Part shown: positions 48,766 through 58,567 of the stretch, one piece after another | Layout: every line of letters begins with the position of its first letter | How positions within the stretch are numbered: the first letter of the stretch is position 1 | IMG/VR virus record: IMGVR_UViG_3300028591_000080 | Span: 159,745-223,744 of that record | From: a virus | Taxonomy: Duplodnaviria > Heunggongvirae > Uroviricota > Caudoviricetes | Reading direction: 5' to 3' (one strand) | DNA: 64,000 nucleotides | Made by a program: the position numbers and the translations under genes | The notes under the pieces: model-generated | Told to the model about the DNA's origin: nothing | Database searches by the model: none | What the model saw: the letters and a program-made list of their open reading frames with translations, nothing else

Positions 48766-49546
48766 CTTCTTTTAAATAATATTTTTTAAAGCGTAATAAA
48801 CTTTCATTTGTAAAAGTTATTTGTCCTGCTTTATATAACTCAACTATAAAAGGACGAGTTAACTGTTTAAAATCTTTGTTTGAAAATAAAACATATTCTA
48901 GATTATTATTTGAACAGTAGGTTTCAGCCGCTTGCTTTTTTAATAAAACAACCTCTGAACTTAACTCTCTAAAATCTTTAATCTCATATAAATATTTATT
49001 ATCGACCAAAAAGTCTGGTCTATATTGATGGATAGTTCCACTGGTATCACTATAATAAATGGTCATAGTTTCTGCTGATTTAATTGTATGATTTTCATTT
49101 AACATTTTATAGATAAATGATAATTCAACAAGAGACCTAAATAGATATCCAGAATACCAACCAGCATAACCACGACCATTAACTGGGTTATCTTCAGTAA
49201 ATTTATGTGGATTATTTATTCCTTTTGCAAAATAATGATGATTAGCTTTTCAATCATCACTCTTAAAACGTTCTGTCAAAGACTTACCTAATTGTTTCTT
49301 ATTATATTCTGCCCAAGTATAAGTACGTATACCTTTTTGATAATCTTCATGTTGACGACAGCCTCTACATAGGTCTCTATCATCTCTTTTTTTAAAATTT
49401 AATTGTTGTGAATGATAATTTATCTTATAAATTTTACCGCATACATCACATCTAACTTCGATAATATCACCAGTACTAAATCCTACCCTTCCTTTTTTAA
49501 ATCCATGTGCACCTGCTTGTAATATTCTTGGTTTACTAAGTATCAT
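48758..49546 (-). CDS. zinc-finger plus PD-(D/E)xK nuclease-domain protein (homing-endonuclease-like), about 262 aa, with one in-frame TGA
   Basis: Track ORFs 49250..49546 and 48758..49105 share a frame, separated only by TGA; N-terminal CDVCGK...CRGCRQ, C-terminal YRPDFLVDNKYLYEIKDF (PD...EIK). Confidence 0.55.
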
Positions 49547-49706
49547 AAATAATCTCCTTATTTTTTATTCATTTAATTTAGCAAACAAAACGCAGCCACC
49601 AACAAAATAGGTTACTCTATATAAATAATACAATAATTCCTAATATAAGTGTAACACTTGTTATAACTAATTTAACAATATCATTAATTAATTTTAATTT
49701 CATAAG

Positions 49707-49907
49707 CTAATCCTCCAGACCTTCTTTTGCACCTAAGCAGCATAGACCAATAAATAAGATAGAAAGCACATGTATACTATATAAAAATAACCAATACCAA
49801 CTTCCTAATACAATACTTAAAACAATAGGAAGACCAGCAAAACTAATACTAATTGCAAATACTAAAAACATTATTAATAGCGCACATATTTTTTTAAGTG
49901 TTTTCAT
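49707..49907 (-). CDS. small two-TM membrane protein (66 aa)
   Basis: Two hydrophobic helices. Confidence 0.45.
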   Translation of the reverse strand: MKTLKKICALLIMFLVFAISISFAGLPIVLSIVLGSWYWLFLYSIHVLSILFIGLCCLGAKEGLED

Positions 49908-49919
49908 TACTTAATCTCC

Positions 49920-50213
49920 TTATAATTTAAAAATTTGTTCTTCGTCTATGCTCATACTTTTTTCTGTCTTAGTATAAACATCATATAAATCCGAACCAGC
50001 GTCTTCATCGTAATATTCAACTCTAATAGAATGATATTCTTTGCTTAATTTATATTTTGAAGTTCCTATTGATTTAACTTTTGAACTCTTTTTTGCATCT
50101 TCAAGTATCTTGTTAAATTCTGCATCACGTTTTTCAACTGAAGTAAAATAATAAGTATGTGTATAATCTGGATAACTATAATAGACTTCAATAATTGGAA
50201 CGATTTTAGTCAT
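49920..50213 (-). CDS. hypothetical protein (97 aa)
   Basis: ORF. Confidence 0.45.
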   Translation of the reverse strand: MTKIVPIIEVYYSYPDYTHTYYFTSVEKRDAEFNKILEDAKKSSKVKSIGTSKYKLSKEYHSIRVEYYDEDAGSDLYDVYTKTEKSMSIDEEQIFKL

Positions 50214-50589
50214 CGTTATTCTCCCATTTTTTCCAATAGATCTTCTCTAGTTCACCGAGTCTTGAATAAACTTGATAAAGATTATCCATATCATCATATA
50301 ATTCTGGATCATCATTATCTTTTAATATATCTAAATTGAAGTCTTCAGTTAATCTTTTTTTACTTAAAATCTTTTCATATTGACTTAAGGTAATTAAAGC
50401 TTCCTTAAGTTTACTTAGATTCCAATTACGTCCAACAGTTGTTAAATGTGTAAAAGCACCTTTACCGTTATCATTTGGATTCATATAAACGGTACTTCTA
50501 TCTCTAACGACTATTTCTTGTTCAGATAAATAGTCAATAAATTCAATTAATGTCATTTCTCTTTCTGGCATATTAATTATTCTCCTCAA
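50206..50589 (-). CDS. hypothetical protein (127 aa)
   Basis: ORF. Confidence 0.45.
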   Translation of the reverse strand: MRRIINMPEREMTLIEFIDYLSEQEIVVRDRSTVYMNPNDNGKGAFTHLTTVGRNWNLSKLKEALITLSQYEKILSKKRLTEDFNLDILKDNDDPELYDDMDNLYQVYSRLGELEKIYWKKWENNDD

Positions 50590-50755
50590 TCTTTGTGTTT
50601 AAAGTATTAGATACTTCTTGTTTAATATTTAAATAACCATTCTCATCAATATCTTTTTCTGTAAGAATTTTATAATCTCCACAGCCTGTTGGAATCATAT
50701 CTCCAGGATGTAAGTCTGACCAAAATACTTGGCCATATCTATACTCTAATTTCAC
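50573..50755 (-). CDS. hypothetical protein (60 aa)
   Basis: ORF. Confidence 0.35.
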   Translation of the reverse strand: MKLEYRYGQVFWSDLHPGDMIPTGCGDYKILTEKDIDENGYLNIKQEVSNTLNTKIEENN

Positions 50756-51152
50756 CTGATTTAACTCTCCTAATTATTTCATTCATTAATTCAGTAGATG
50801 AGAAAGCAGATAAAATGTTTGTATCGTACTTTCTGCAAACATAAACATTAGCTTTACTTACCATAGCATCTGAAGTATGAACCCAGCAAGAAAATGATAT
50901 AAAGTAACTTTCAATTACTCTTTGCTTAGTTTGTTTATCTGTGTAACTAATTATCATTTTATCTTCATCTAATATAAAATCTCTTTCAGCTAGATCTGGA
51001 CCATATTCACCTTCATACAAGCATTCATAGTTTCTAGAAATACATGGACCTGTAATAAAGAAGTTAAAATCTTTTAATGGATATTTATCTTTAAATGTTG
51101 TACCAGTATCATCTATTTGTTTTTCAAAAATCTCATCTAAAAAATACCCCAT
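50739..51152 (-). CDS. hypothetical protein (137 aa)
   Basis: ORF. Confidence 0.45.
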   Translation of the reverse strand: MGYFLDEIFEKQIDDTGTTFKDKYPLKDFNFFITGPCISRNYECLYEGEYGPDLAERDFILDEDKMIISYTDKQTKQRVIESYFISFSCWVHTSDAMVSKANVYVCRKYDTNILSAFSSTELMNEIIRRVKSGEIRV

Positions 51153-51154
51153 AG

Positions 51155-51544
51155 TTATTCACCACTTTCTTTATATCTAATAGAATTAAATAATATTTTT
51201 AAAGCATCTTCTGTTGTTTTAAGTGTTTTTGGACACCAGTAAGCAATTTCATCTAATTCTGTAATACCTCCAATGTTTCCACCATTATCTCTATATTCTC
51301 TGTATGTTTCTTGTAAAGGATAATATTCTCTTGTCTTTAATGTTTTATCTACTAAATATGCTACATGTGAAGCTTTATCAACACAACAACTACGTCCTTC
51401 TACTTTTTGAAAATACTCTTCAAGAATATGTTTAAATATAGAACGTCTATCTTCAAAAATATCTTGGTACATATCCAGATCTTCATATTTAGTATTATCG
51501 ATAATTGCTTTTATTACTTCAGCTAGTCCATCTTTTATATCCAT
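51155..51544 (-). CDS. hypothetical protein (129 aa)
   Basis: ORF. Confidence 0.45.
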   Translation of the reverse strand: MDIKDGLAEVIKAIIDNTKYEDLDMYQDIFEDRRSIFKHILEEYFQKVEGRSCCVDKASHVAYLVDKTLKTREYYPLQETYREYRDNGGNIGGITELDEIAYWCPKTLKTTEDALKILFNSIRYKESGE

Positions 51545-51546
51545 AA

Positions 51547-51753
51547 TTAGTTACCTCTATATTCTTTTTTATCTGGATTATCTATAATAATACCACAATT
51601 AGGACATTTAATATATGGAGCATCACCATCATACATAGGATATGGAGATGTTTTTATATCTTCATTTTGATAAGTAAAAACACAATTACAGTGTGCACAC
51701 TCAGTTATATATGTTTTTGTATTTTTTGATTTAACTTCTAAAATTTTATACAC
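51547..51753 (-). CDS. zinc-ribbon small protein (68 aa)
   Basis: CAHCNC ... CPNCG. Confidence 0.4.
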   Translation of the reverse strand: MYKILEVKSKNTKTYITECAHCNCVFTYQNEDIKTSPYPMYDGDAPYIKCPNCGIIIDNPDKKEYRGN

Positions 51754-51755
51754 AA

Positions 51756-52034
51756 TTATTTACCTCCATCAAGTGATATTTCTCCTGTATCAATATCTAT
51801 TGCTAAGTTTGGATAATCTTCTAAATTCCAAAGTAATGATAAATTTTCTTTAAAAATATTTTCACGCTTTGTATTATACTTTTTCTTGCTTTCAAATAAT
51901 TTTTTCTTTGGTAAATTTCTAAAGAATACAAGACAAGTCAAAGCCATTCCAGAATCCCAATTACCATCACATGCTCTTAGATTACCATATTGATCATAGT
52001 CATTTATTGTCCAATCTTTTACTAATTTAAACAT
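51756..52034 (-). CDS. hypothetical protein (92 aa)
   Basis: ORF. Confidence 0.4.
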   Translation of the reverse strand: MFKLVKDWTINDYDQYGNLRACDGNWDSGMALTCLVFFRNLPKKKLFESKKKYNTKRENIFKENLSLLWNLEDYPNLAIDIDTGEISLDGGK

Positions 52035-52036
52035 AA

Positions 52037-52435
52037 CTACTCACTCTTATCCTCTTTTAGCCACCAAGTTTTCTTATAGTCCTTTAAATATAAAACATAG
52101 GTTGCTACATCATAAACACCATAGTGTTGTTTAATTTCAAAATTACCATCTATAAATACTGGTTTTGCAAAATATAATTGATGCCAATCATCCATAATAT
52201 ATATTCCATCAAATGCTTTGAAAAACACATTTAATGGACAACCTAGTTTATCTTGTAAATCGACAACCTCTTTAATAGTTTCTAATGCATCAACCATCTC
52301 ATATGCATCTTTGCAAAAGTCTTCATCATGAGTATCTTTATAAGCATCAAAAAAATTAGAATTACCACTACTATTTAAGCAGCATAAGTTATCTATTTTA
52401 TTATAAGCTAATTTTAAATCCATTCTATTCACCAT
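52037..52435 (-). CDS. hypothetical protein (132 aa)
   Basis: ORF. Confidence 0.45.
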   Translation of the reverse strand: MVNRMDLKLAYNKIDNLCCLNSSGNSNFFDAYKDTHDEDFCKDAYEMVDALETIKEVVDLQDKLGCPLNVFFKAFDGIYIMDDWHQLYFAKPVFIDGNFEIKQHYGVYDVATYVLYLKDYKKTWWLKEDKSE

Positions 52436-53024
52436 CTTCTTTTTTCATATAAGGCTCAATATTTCTAACTAATGATTCAATCCATAAATCAAACATTCTT
52501 AATTGACTTGCATACTCATAGTAAGTATGTTGTGCGTATTTAATTAATGGATAAACAAAATCTTCAGTTTCTTTTAAATATTTTGCTTTCTTTACTTCTG
52601 AGAAATTAAATAATGTTGAAAGATTATGTGTTCTATCTGCAAGTTTAACTAATGTTGCTATTTCATTATTTTGAATTCCTTCATAATATAATACATTATT
52701 ATATCCTTTAGGTTTAGATAAAGCTAGAACGGCACTTACAATCTTTGAGCTAAAAGTAGCAATAAGCTTTGCTTTAAGTTGTTCATCCTCACTATCCTCT
52801 AATACATCATGTAATAAGGCCACAGCTAATATATCATCATCTCTAATTCCTAACTCAAATAATAATGATGCAACCTTAACTGGATGCTCTATATATGGAG
52901 TTACATTATCTTTTCTAAAAACACCTTCATGAGCTTTCTCAGCTAATGCAAATGCTTTAAGAGCTGTATATTTTTCAGCTCCCATTAATTTTCCTCTAAA
53001 TAATTCAAATGATGTTTTGCTCAT
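52425..53024 (-). CDS. HD-domain phosphohydrolase, RelA/SpoT-type small alarmone hydrolase-like
   Basis: TPYIEHPVKVA ... AVALLHDVLEDS matches the (p)ppGpp hydrolase HD motif arrangement. Confidence 0.55.
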   Translation of the reverse strand: MSKTSFELFRGKLMGAEKYTALKAFALAEKAHEGVFRKDNVTPYIEHPVKVASLLFELGIRDDDILAVALLHDVLEDSEDEQLKAKLIATFSSKIVSAVLALSKPKGYNNVLYYEGIQNNEIATLVKLADRTHNLSTLFNFSEVKKAKYLKETEDFVYPLIKYAQHTYYEYASQLRMFDLWIESLVRNIEPYMKKEDGE

Positions 53025-53100
53025 AATATCACCTCTTATATCTTATATATATTATTATACAACAAAAAAGAAGGTATGTAAACACCTTCTTTAATCTTTT

Positions 53101-53652
53101 TTATTCACCAGCTTCTAACCAAAGTTCAAAACTATCAAAATAATCATAGATAGCTTTATTCTCAGTTTTAAGTGATTCCACTTTATATAATACATCTTGT
53201 ATATCTTCTAAGATGGATTTTGCTCTTGAATAATCTTCATTATCTAACCAATTCTTTACATTGTCGATAGCTTCATTAAACTTTTGATAATCGTCAAATG
53301 ATTTACAGTTCTTTTTAGCTTCTTTTAGGCTTTCTAACTCTTCATAAGCTTTGTCTATTTCTTCCATATCTTTATCTGAATATTCACAAAGTCTTTCCAT
53401 GATCTCTTTTACTAAATTCATATCATGTTCTTGTTTTAATTCAAAAGGAATAGAAAAATATTCAGCTCTTTCAAAATCATTAAATTTATCAATTTGCTCT
53501 TCAGTATATCCACCATGAGCTTTCCACGTATGATTATATAAGCTTAAGATGTACTCAGTTGCATAATCACGACCACAAGTATATCCATCAAAAAATTCTA
53601 TCTTATCTTTGCCTTTAATCGCAACACCTTTAATTGTAATTTCTCTTCCCAT
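53101..53652 (-). CDS. hypothetical protein (183 aa)
   Basis: ORF. Confidence 0.45.
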   Translation of the reverse strand: MGREITIKGVAIKGKDKIEFFDGYTCGRDYATEYILSLYNHTWKAHGGYTEEQIDKFNDFERAEYFSIPFELKQEHDMNLVKEIMERLCEYSDKDMEEIDKAYEELESLKEAKKNCKSFDDYQKFNEAIDNVKNWLDNEDYSRAKSILEDIQDVLYKVESLKTENKAIYDYFDSFELWLEAGE

Positions 53653-53658
53653 AATTAA

Positions 53659-53856
53659 TTACTCCATTAAATCATCAAGTCTATACAAACTTTCAATAAG
53701 TGTCTCTATCTTATCTTTATCTTCTTTACGAATCATAAAAATAATACCACTAAAAAGGAAGTTACAACATTGAGACTCTTCATTAAGATTAGCTAGATAA
53801 TAATAGTTGTACTTATATAATACATCTGTAATTAATTCTTTAGTTTCTTTAGTCAT
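53659..53856 (-). CDS. hypothetical protein (65 aa)
   Basis: ORF. Confidence 0.35.
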   Translation of the reverse strand: MTKETKELITDVLYKYNYYYLANLNEESQCCNFLFSGIIFMIRKEDKDKIETLIESLYRLDDLME

Positions 53857-53879
53857 TGAAATCTTCCTTTTCAGCTATT

Positions 53880-54908
53880 TTACTTATTTTTCTCATTTTT
53901 CTTTTTTCTTTCTAAGCATTCATCAATAAAGTCTTCTTTATTTAATACTCTTACACACTTGCCATATTGATAAGTTCCAGGTAATGGTAATCCCGGGATT
54001 TGAGAATCATTTAAGATACATTCAAACTTAACAACACCTTTTTCATCAACATAAGGCTCTTCACCTTCTGCTACCTTAGCATTATAGAATGCTTGGAATT
54101 CTTTACATACATCATGAGGATTCATCTTATTCTTACAAGATTTTACTAAGATATGATATCCACCAGATGTCTCAACTACAACATAATTTCCTTTACCATA
54201 AAACTTATTAAAAGTCTCAGTTAAGAATGAGAAATATTTTTCTTTAAACCATGCTGGAACATCTAAGTCAAAGTCCATCCAATAGTTTGATCCTTTGCAA
54301 TTAGCCTTTAAATGTTTTACTGCACTTTCGATATTACCATAAGTTTGATATGATTGTAAGTTATCTTCTAATGATTTACCATTTAACATAGCCTTGATGA
54401 TTGCATCACCAGTATCATCTAATTTATGAATTAATTGTCTTGCAACCTTGATATCGTCACAAGGGTTTACATAGAAAATTGTTACTAATGCCTTATCTGG
54501 TAATGGTTGGCCTTCAGTAGTTAAATAAGCTTCCTTATTAACTTCAAATCTTCTAACATGTTGTAAGAACTTGAAGAAAGTCCAGTTAGTTGCATTATCA
54601 ATTACACTTGCACTATGAAACTTAGCTAATCTTAATGTTTGTGTTGCTAAGAACTCAGTTTCATTGCTTGCCATACCTAATGTTGCTTGTTCTTCTTTTG
54701 TTAATTTTTTATGTCTACAAACGAAAACCATTGAATAAGATTCATTAACCTTTGGCTTTTGAATTACATGGTCGAAAAACCATTTTAATTCCTTCTCATC
54801 TGCTACTACATTATAAACTTCTTTTGTCATAATATCACCTGCTTTATCTTTCTCCACCACTGTATGTAAAGTCATACAGAACTTATTTACATTTATATTA
54901 TAACACAA
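53880..54908 (-). CDS. archaeo-eukaryotic primase (AEP)/PrimPol-like protein
   Basis: DxD motif (WMDFDLDV) followed by the sGxGxH motif (VVVETSGGYHILV); the true start is probably the internal Met MTKEVYNVV. Confidence 0.45.
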   Translation of the reverse strand: MCYNINVNKFCMTLHTVVEKDKAGDIMTKEVYNVVADEKELKWFFDHVIQKPKVNESYSMVFVCRHKKLTKEEQATLGMASNETEFLATQTLRLAKFHSASVIDNATNWTFFKFLQHVRRFEVNKEAYLTTEGQPLPDKALVTIFYVNPCDDIKVARQLIHKLDDTGDAIIKAMLNGKSLEDNLQSYQTYGNIESAVKHLKANCKGSNYWMDFDLDVPAWFKEKYFSFLTETFNKFYGKGNYVVVETSGGYHILVKSCKNKMNPHDVCKEFQAFYNAKVAEGEEPYVDEKGVVKFECILNDSQIPGLPLPGTYQYGKCVRVLNKEDFIDECLERKKKNEKNK

Positions 54909-54932
54909 TAATTTAATTATGTAAATATCTTT

Positions 54933-55205
54933 TTAATTAAATTTAATTTTTATTCCGTTACTTGTTAATATTGTTAAAATTTTTGGCAAAATATCATTTA
55001 ATAAATCATTCTCATCTTCAAACTGATCTAAATATTCATCAGTTAAAAATGGTTCAAATAAGGCTCTAATATCATTATCACTCATATCGCCTGGAACGAT
55101 ACAAGTATTTCTTACTCCTAAGATCATTTGATCAATAGCAGCCTTTTTTGCCTCAGCTTCGTCAGCATCTAATCCTTCTAATAACTTGTCTAGATTCATA
55201 GCCAT
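54933..55205 (-). CDS. hypothetical acidic protein (90 aa)
   Basis: ORF. Confidence 0.4.
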   Translation of the reverse strand: MAMNLDKLLEGLDADEAEAKKAAIDQMILGVRNTCIVPGDMSDNDIRALFEPFLTDEYLDQFEDENDLLNDILPKILTILTSNGIKIKFN

Positions 55206-55261
55206 TCACCTCTCATTAGTTATATTATAATATACAATAAAATAGTTTGTTTGTAAATATT

Positions 55262-55882
55262 TTAATGATATTTCTTATAAGTTAATGAAAATTCTTCTCG
55301 TCCAATTCGATAATATCCATTATCAGAAACAACTATTGCATCACCATATTCAAGTTTACAATCTTCTGCTTCACACCATTCATTGCAAATCGTCCAACCT
55401 AAAGCTTTACCTATAGTTGTATCTACAATAATAACTTTTCTTACTTCAGCTGGTGTTGGACAAACTAAGAAATCTCTAGTTGAATTTGCCATCATATCTG
55501 CAAATTCTTCTCTTTCTTTTATGTCTCTTATTGTAGATAAAAATTTACTAAGATTTAATAAACTTTTACCATCATGAACTCCAATAGGATATGCATTTCC
55601 TATATTATCATGAACTCTTTTACTACTCCAAGTATAAGCATCTAATAAATTATTAATTAATAATTTTCCATCTAAAATTCTTAAAACTGTTCTATACTCA
55701 AGTTCATCATAAATTTGTCCATTTGGATTTTCTTTAGTTTTAATCGCTTGAGTATAAATCTTTCCTATCAAACCTAATTGATTCCAGCTTGGTAATAATA
55801 TATTATCAATAGGTAATTTTATATAAGGCTTAGCCATATATCTAAATTCGCTTAAAATTTTATTTGTTTCTTCTTTTTTCAT
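55262..55882 (-). CDS. hypothetical protein (206 aa)
   Basis: ORF. Confidence 0.45.
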   Translation of the reverse strand: MKKEETNKILSEFRYMAKPYIKLPIDNILLPSWNQLGLIGKIYTQAIKTKENPNGQIYDELEYRTVLRILDGKLLINNLLDAYTWSSKRVHDNIGNAYPIGVHDGKSLLNLSKFLSTIRDIKEREEFADMMANSTRDFLVCPTPAEVRKVIIVDTTIGKALGWTICNEWCEAEDCKLEYGDAIVVSDNGYYRIGREEFSLTYKKYH

Positions 55883-55888
55883 AAATGT

Positions 55889-56353
55889 TTACCTTTTCTT
55901 AAATAATTCTTCAATATCTTTTTTAATTAATTCATCATTCTTTTTTCTAAGCTCTTCATCAATTCCGTCTGATGTTGCTTCATATAATATTTCATCAAGC
56001 TCTTCCTCTGAATAACCAGGATATTTAATTTTACAATCTTTTATACAGTCTTGTATACCTAGATAATCTTTTAAATAGCTACAATATTGAAGCAATTTAT
56101 TTCCAGCTGGTATATCATAGTATACTACTGTTTCTCCTGTCTTTGGATTGTTAAATACTTTCTTAAACTTGTCTAATCTAGGTCCAGTCTGCTTCCTCCA
56201 TTGTAAAAATGGGCATTCTGTACCTCCAACAGAACTACATTCAGCTCCATCACCGGTACAGAAATAACCTTCTGGAATAACTTCTTCTGCTTTATCTATA
56301 ATAGATTTAATTGGTGGTTTTCTATATTGATGTATTACTTTATATTTACTCAT
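55889..56353 (-). CDS. hypothetical Cys-rich protein (154 aa)
   Basis: ORF. Confidence 0.45.
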   Translation of the reverse strand: MSKYKVIHQYRKPPIKSIIDKAEEVIPEGYFCTGDGAECSSVGGTECPFLQWRKQTGPRLDKFKKVFNNPKTGETVVYYDIPAGNKLLQYCSYLKDYLGIQDCIKDCKIKYPGYSEEELDEILYEATSDGIDEELRKKNDELIKKDIEELFKKR

Positions 56354-56936
56354 GATGCTTTACCTCAAATGCGGCTTTCTTTGTCTTATTAAATACTCCA
56401 GAGTGTCCATATTGAGAAAGGTATACATACTTATCTTTCATCTCATCTAATTTTTTCTTAGTATTAAAACGATTCATCCATCCACCATTAATGAATTCTA
56501 GAGTACAACGTCTAATATATAAATGCCAAGTAAAAACTTTCTCTACAGCATCTTTGAATTCTTTGTCATATTGAGTTTCTAATTGATCTACATCGTCATA
56601 GCCATAAAGCATATAATGATGTTTATCTGGTGCTATTACTTCTAATCGATTTCCAGTTAAACTTCCATCATAAAGATTGACTAAAAATGAAGATCGTAAT
56701 ATAAAACCAGATAATACTTCAAAACAAGGACAGTCTTTTGGACTTAAATCTTTTTGAAAAATCTCAAATTGTTGTGTCACACTTTCGCCTTGATAACAGT
56801 TAGAGTAATATCTTAATTGTTCTTTAAAATAATGTCTGATCACTTGTCCGCTTGGAGCTAAGTTTACTTTTGGACTGTAAAGATCTATTTTTATTCCTCG
56901 TGTTCTAGTTAATTTATCCATAATAAAAACCTCCAA
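56346..56936 (-). CDS. hypothetical protein (196 aa)
   Basis: ORF. Confidence 0.45.
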   Translation of the reverse strand: MEVFIMDKLTRTRGIKIDLYSPKVNLAPSGQVIRHYFKEQLRYYSNCYQGESVTQQFEIFQKDLSPKDCPCFEVLSGFILRSSFLVNLYDGSLTGNRLEVIAPDKHHYMLYGYDDVDQLETQYDKEFKDAVEKVFTWHLYIRRCTLEFINGGWMNRFNTKKKLDEMKDKYVYLSQYGHSGVFNKTKKAAFEVKHHE

Positions 56937-56984
56937 TAGTTAATATATAATACAATAATTGGTGGACTTAAATCCACCAATTAT

Positions 56985-57263
56985 CTAAATATTTAACTTT
57001 TCAATTAAATCATCTATAGCATCTTCCACTTCATCGACACCATCAAGCTCACCATCATCAGGATCTGCAGAGATATCGTCAACTAGTGAATAAATATTAT
57101 TTAAATCACTAACTATATCTGCATGACTTACAGTCTCATAATCATCAATAGCAATTTCAGAATGACTCTTATTAATCACTATATTAAAATTATAAGGACA
57201 ATTTTCTTCAATAAACTTTTTAAGTTTATCTTCAAAATCAAATGTTAATTGTAAAGCTGACAT
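56985..57263 (-). CDS. hypothetical highly acidic protein (92 aa)
   Basis: ORF; Asp/Glu-rich C-terminus. Confidence 0.4.
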   Translation of the reverse strand: MSALQLTFDFEDKLKKFIEENCPYNFNIVINKSHSEIAIDDYETVSHADIVSDLNNIYSLVDDISADPDDGELDGVDEVEDAIDDLIEKLNI

Positions 57264-57272
57264 TAATTACAC

Positions 57273-58538
57273 CTACTTCCAAGTTGCTTGAACTTTTGCA
57301 ATTTCTTTTAAGCCTTTTTCAGCATAAGCTAAGTTCTTAACTTTGAATGAGAAACCAGTTCCTCTTTCTTTGTTATAGTTATCTGACTTGACCACAATAC
57401 CCTCATGTTGAGCGTATTGCTTCCATAACTTTTCATTTGCTGTTGGAATATGAATAATAGCCTCTTTGTTCCAATATACATTTTCAGCATATTTTACTAA
57501 AGAATCAACAGTATCAAATTTGCTACCCATATCTTCAACGGTCTCAACTAATGGTACACAATTTAATCCTAACTTATCTGCAACTTCATGCATTTTAGGA
57601 TATGGATATTCTACCCATTGTCCATTTTCAAAACCTTTCATTCTGAATACAAACCATTGAACTTGCTTATATCCATAAATATTTTCTTGAATACCAGGGC
57701 CAACTTGCTCACCTTGAATCATTAATCTAATTCCAGTTTTCTTTAAATAAGCCTTTAACTTATTTGCAATATCATATCTTTCAGCTGTTGCCCAGAATAC
57801 TTTTGAAGTATCATCAACTCTATCAAATCTGTTGTTTCTTGAACATACATAGAAAGCATCTTTCTTCTTTGCATCTAATGAGCATGTGAATGATTGACCT
57901 TCCATCTTAGCTGTAATATAAGCTTTAGTTCCTGGGAACATAGAAATAACACTCTTATAATTTTGAATAGTTGTTTCATCAGACTTAGAAATAATTTCAG
58001 TTGGGAAGTTACCTTTAGAGAACTTTCTCTTTCGGTTCTCCATGTAGATATTTCCGATCCATCTAGTTAACTTATGCTTTAAGAAGAACTTGATAATTCT
58101 AGGAATCTTTGGCATCTTCTTAGGTGATGCGTCTTCGGCTGGCTCATACTTTCTAATATTTAACTTATCAGTTACATCTGTTCCAGCTTTTAAGTTTTCA
58201 GGTAATCCTGCTTCAGCTAATGTTACACATAAACCCCAAGACTTAACTCTTTCACCAGAATCTGTTCCATCTTCATTTGCTTTCTTACCCATAGTCATGC
58301 ACTTAATTAAGAAACCTTGTAAGTCTTCTCTATAGCATCTCTTTCTTAAGAATTCCCATTTTTCTTCTATAGGTAAAATACTGTCAGCTTCAATGAATAC
58401 CATTTTATCACCAACATTTACAGTATTAGGAACAATACATTCATAAGCATTTTCTTCAAAGGATACATAACAAATTCTATCCTTTTCAAACATCTTTCCT
58501 TTACTAGCTACGGTAACAATTTTAGCCATATCTCGCAT
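57273..58538 (-). CDS. ATP-dependent polynucleotide ligase of the RNA-ligase (Rnl) family
   Basis: Motif I ITAKMEGQS (KxxG), motif IV QHEGIVVKS, motif V FSFKVKN; a separate DNA ligase exists at 25828..27159. Confidence 0.5.
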   Translation of the reverse strand: MRDMAKIVTVASKGKMFEKDRICYVSFEENAYECIVPNTVNVGDKMVFIEADSILPIEEKWEFLRKRCYREDLQGFLIKCMTMGKKANEDGTDSGERVKSWGLCVTLAEAGLPENLKAGTDVTDKLNIRKYEPAEDASPKKMPKIPRIIKFFLKHKLTRWIGNIYMENRKRKFSKGNFPTEIISKSDETTIQNYKSVISMFPGTKAYITAKMEGQSFTCSLDAKKKDAFYVCSRNNRFDRVDDTSKVFWATAERYDIANKLKAYLKKTGIRLMIQGEQVGPGIQENIYGYKQVQWFVFRMKGFENGQWVEYPYPKMHEVADKLGLNCVPLVETVEDMGSKFDTVDSLVKYAENVYWNKEAIIHIPTANEKLWKQYAQHEGIVVKSDNYNKERGTGFSFKVKNLAYAEKGLKEIAKVQATWK

Positions 58539-58567
58539 AATATCACGTCCTTTTTAATTACAATTTA

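Noticed and set aside
9834-58335. All 17 plus-strand ORFs in the track (9834, 15600, 18688, 19859, 20883, 30890, 32261, 32532, 32885, 34202, 36404, 37290, 48221, 50157, 55383, 57466, 58090)
   Set aside because: Each is fully nested antisense within a well-supported minus-strand gene. All are low-complexity and lack an RBS. They are typical of AT-rich shadow ORFs.
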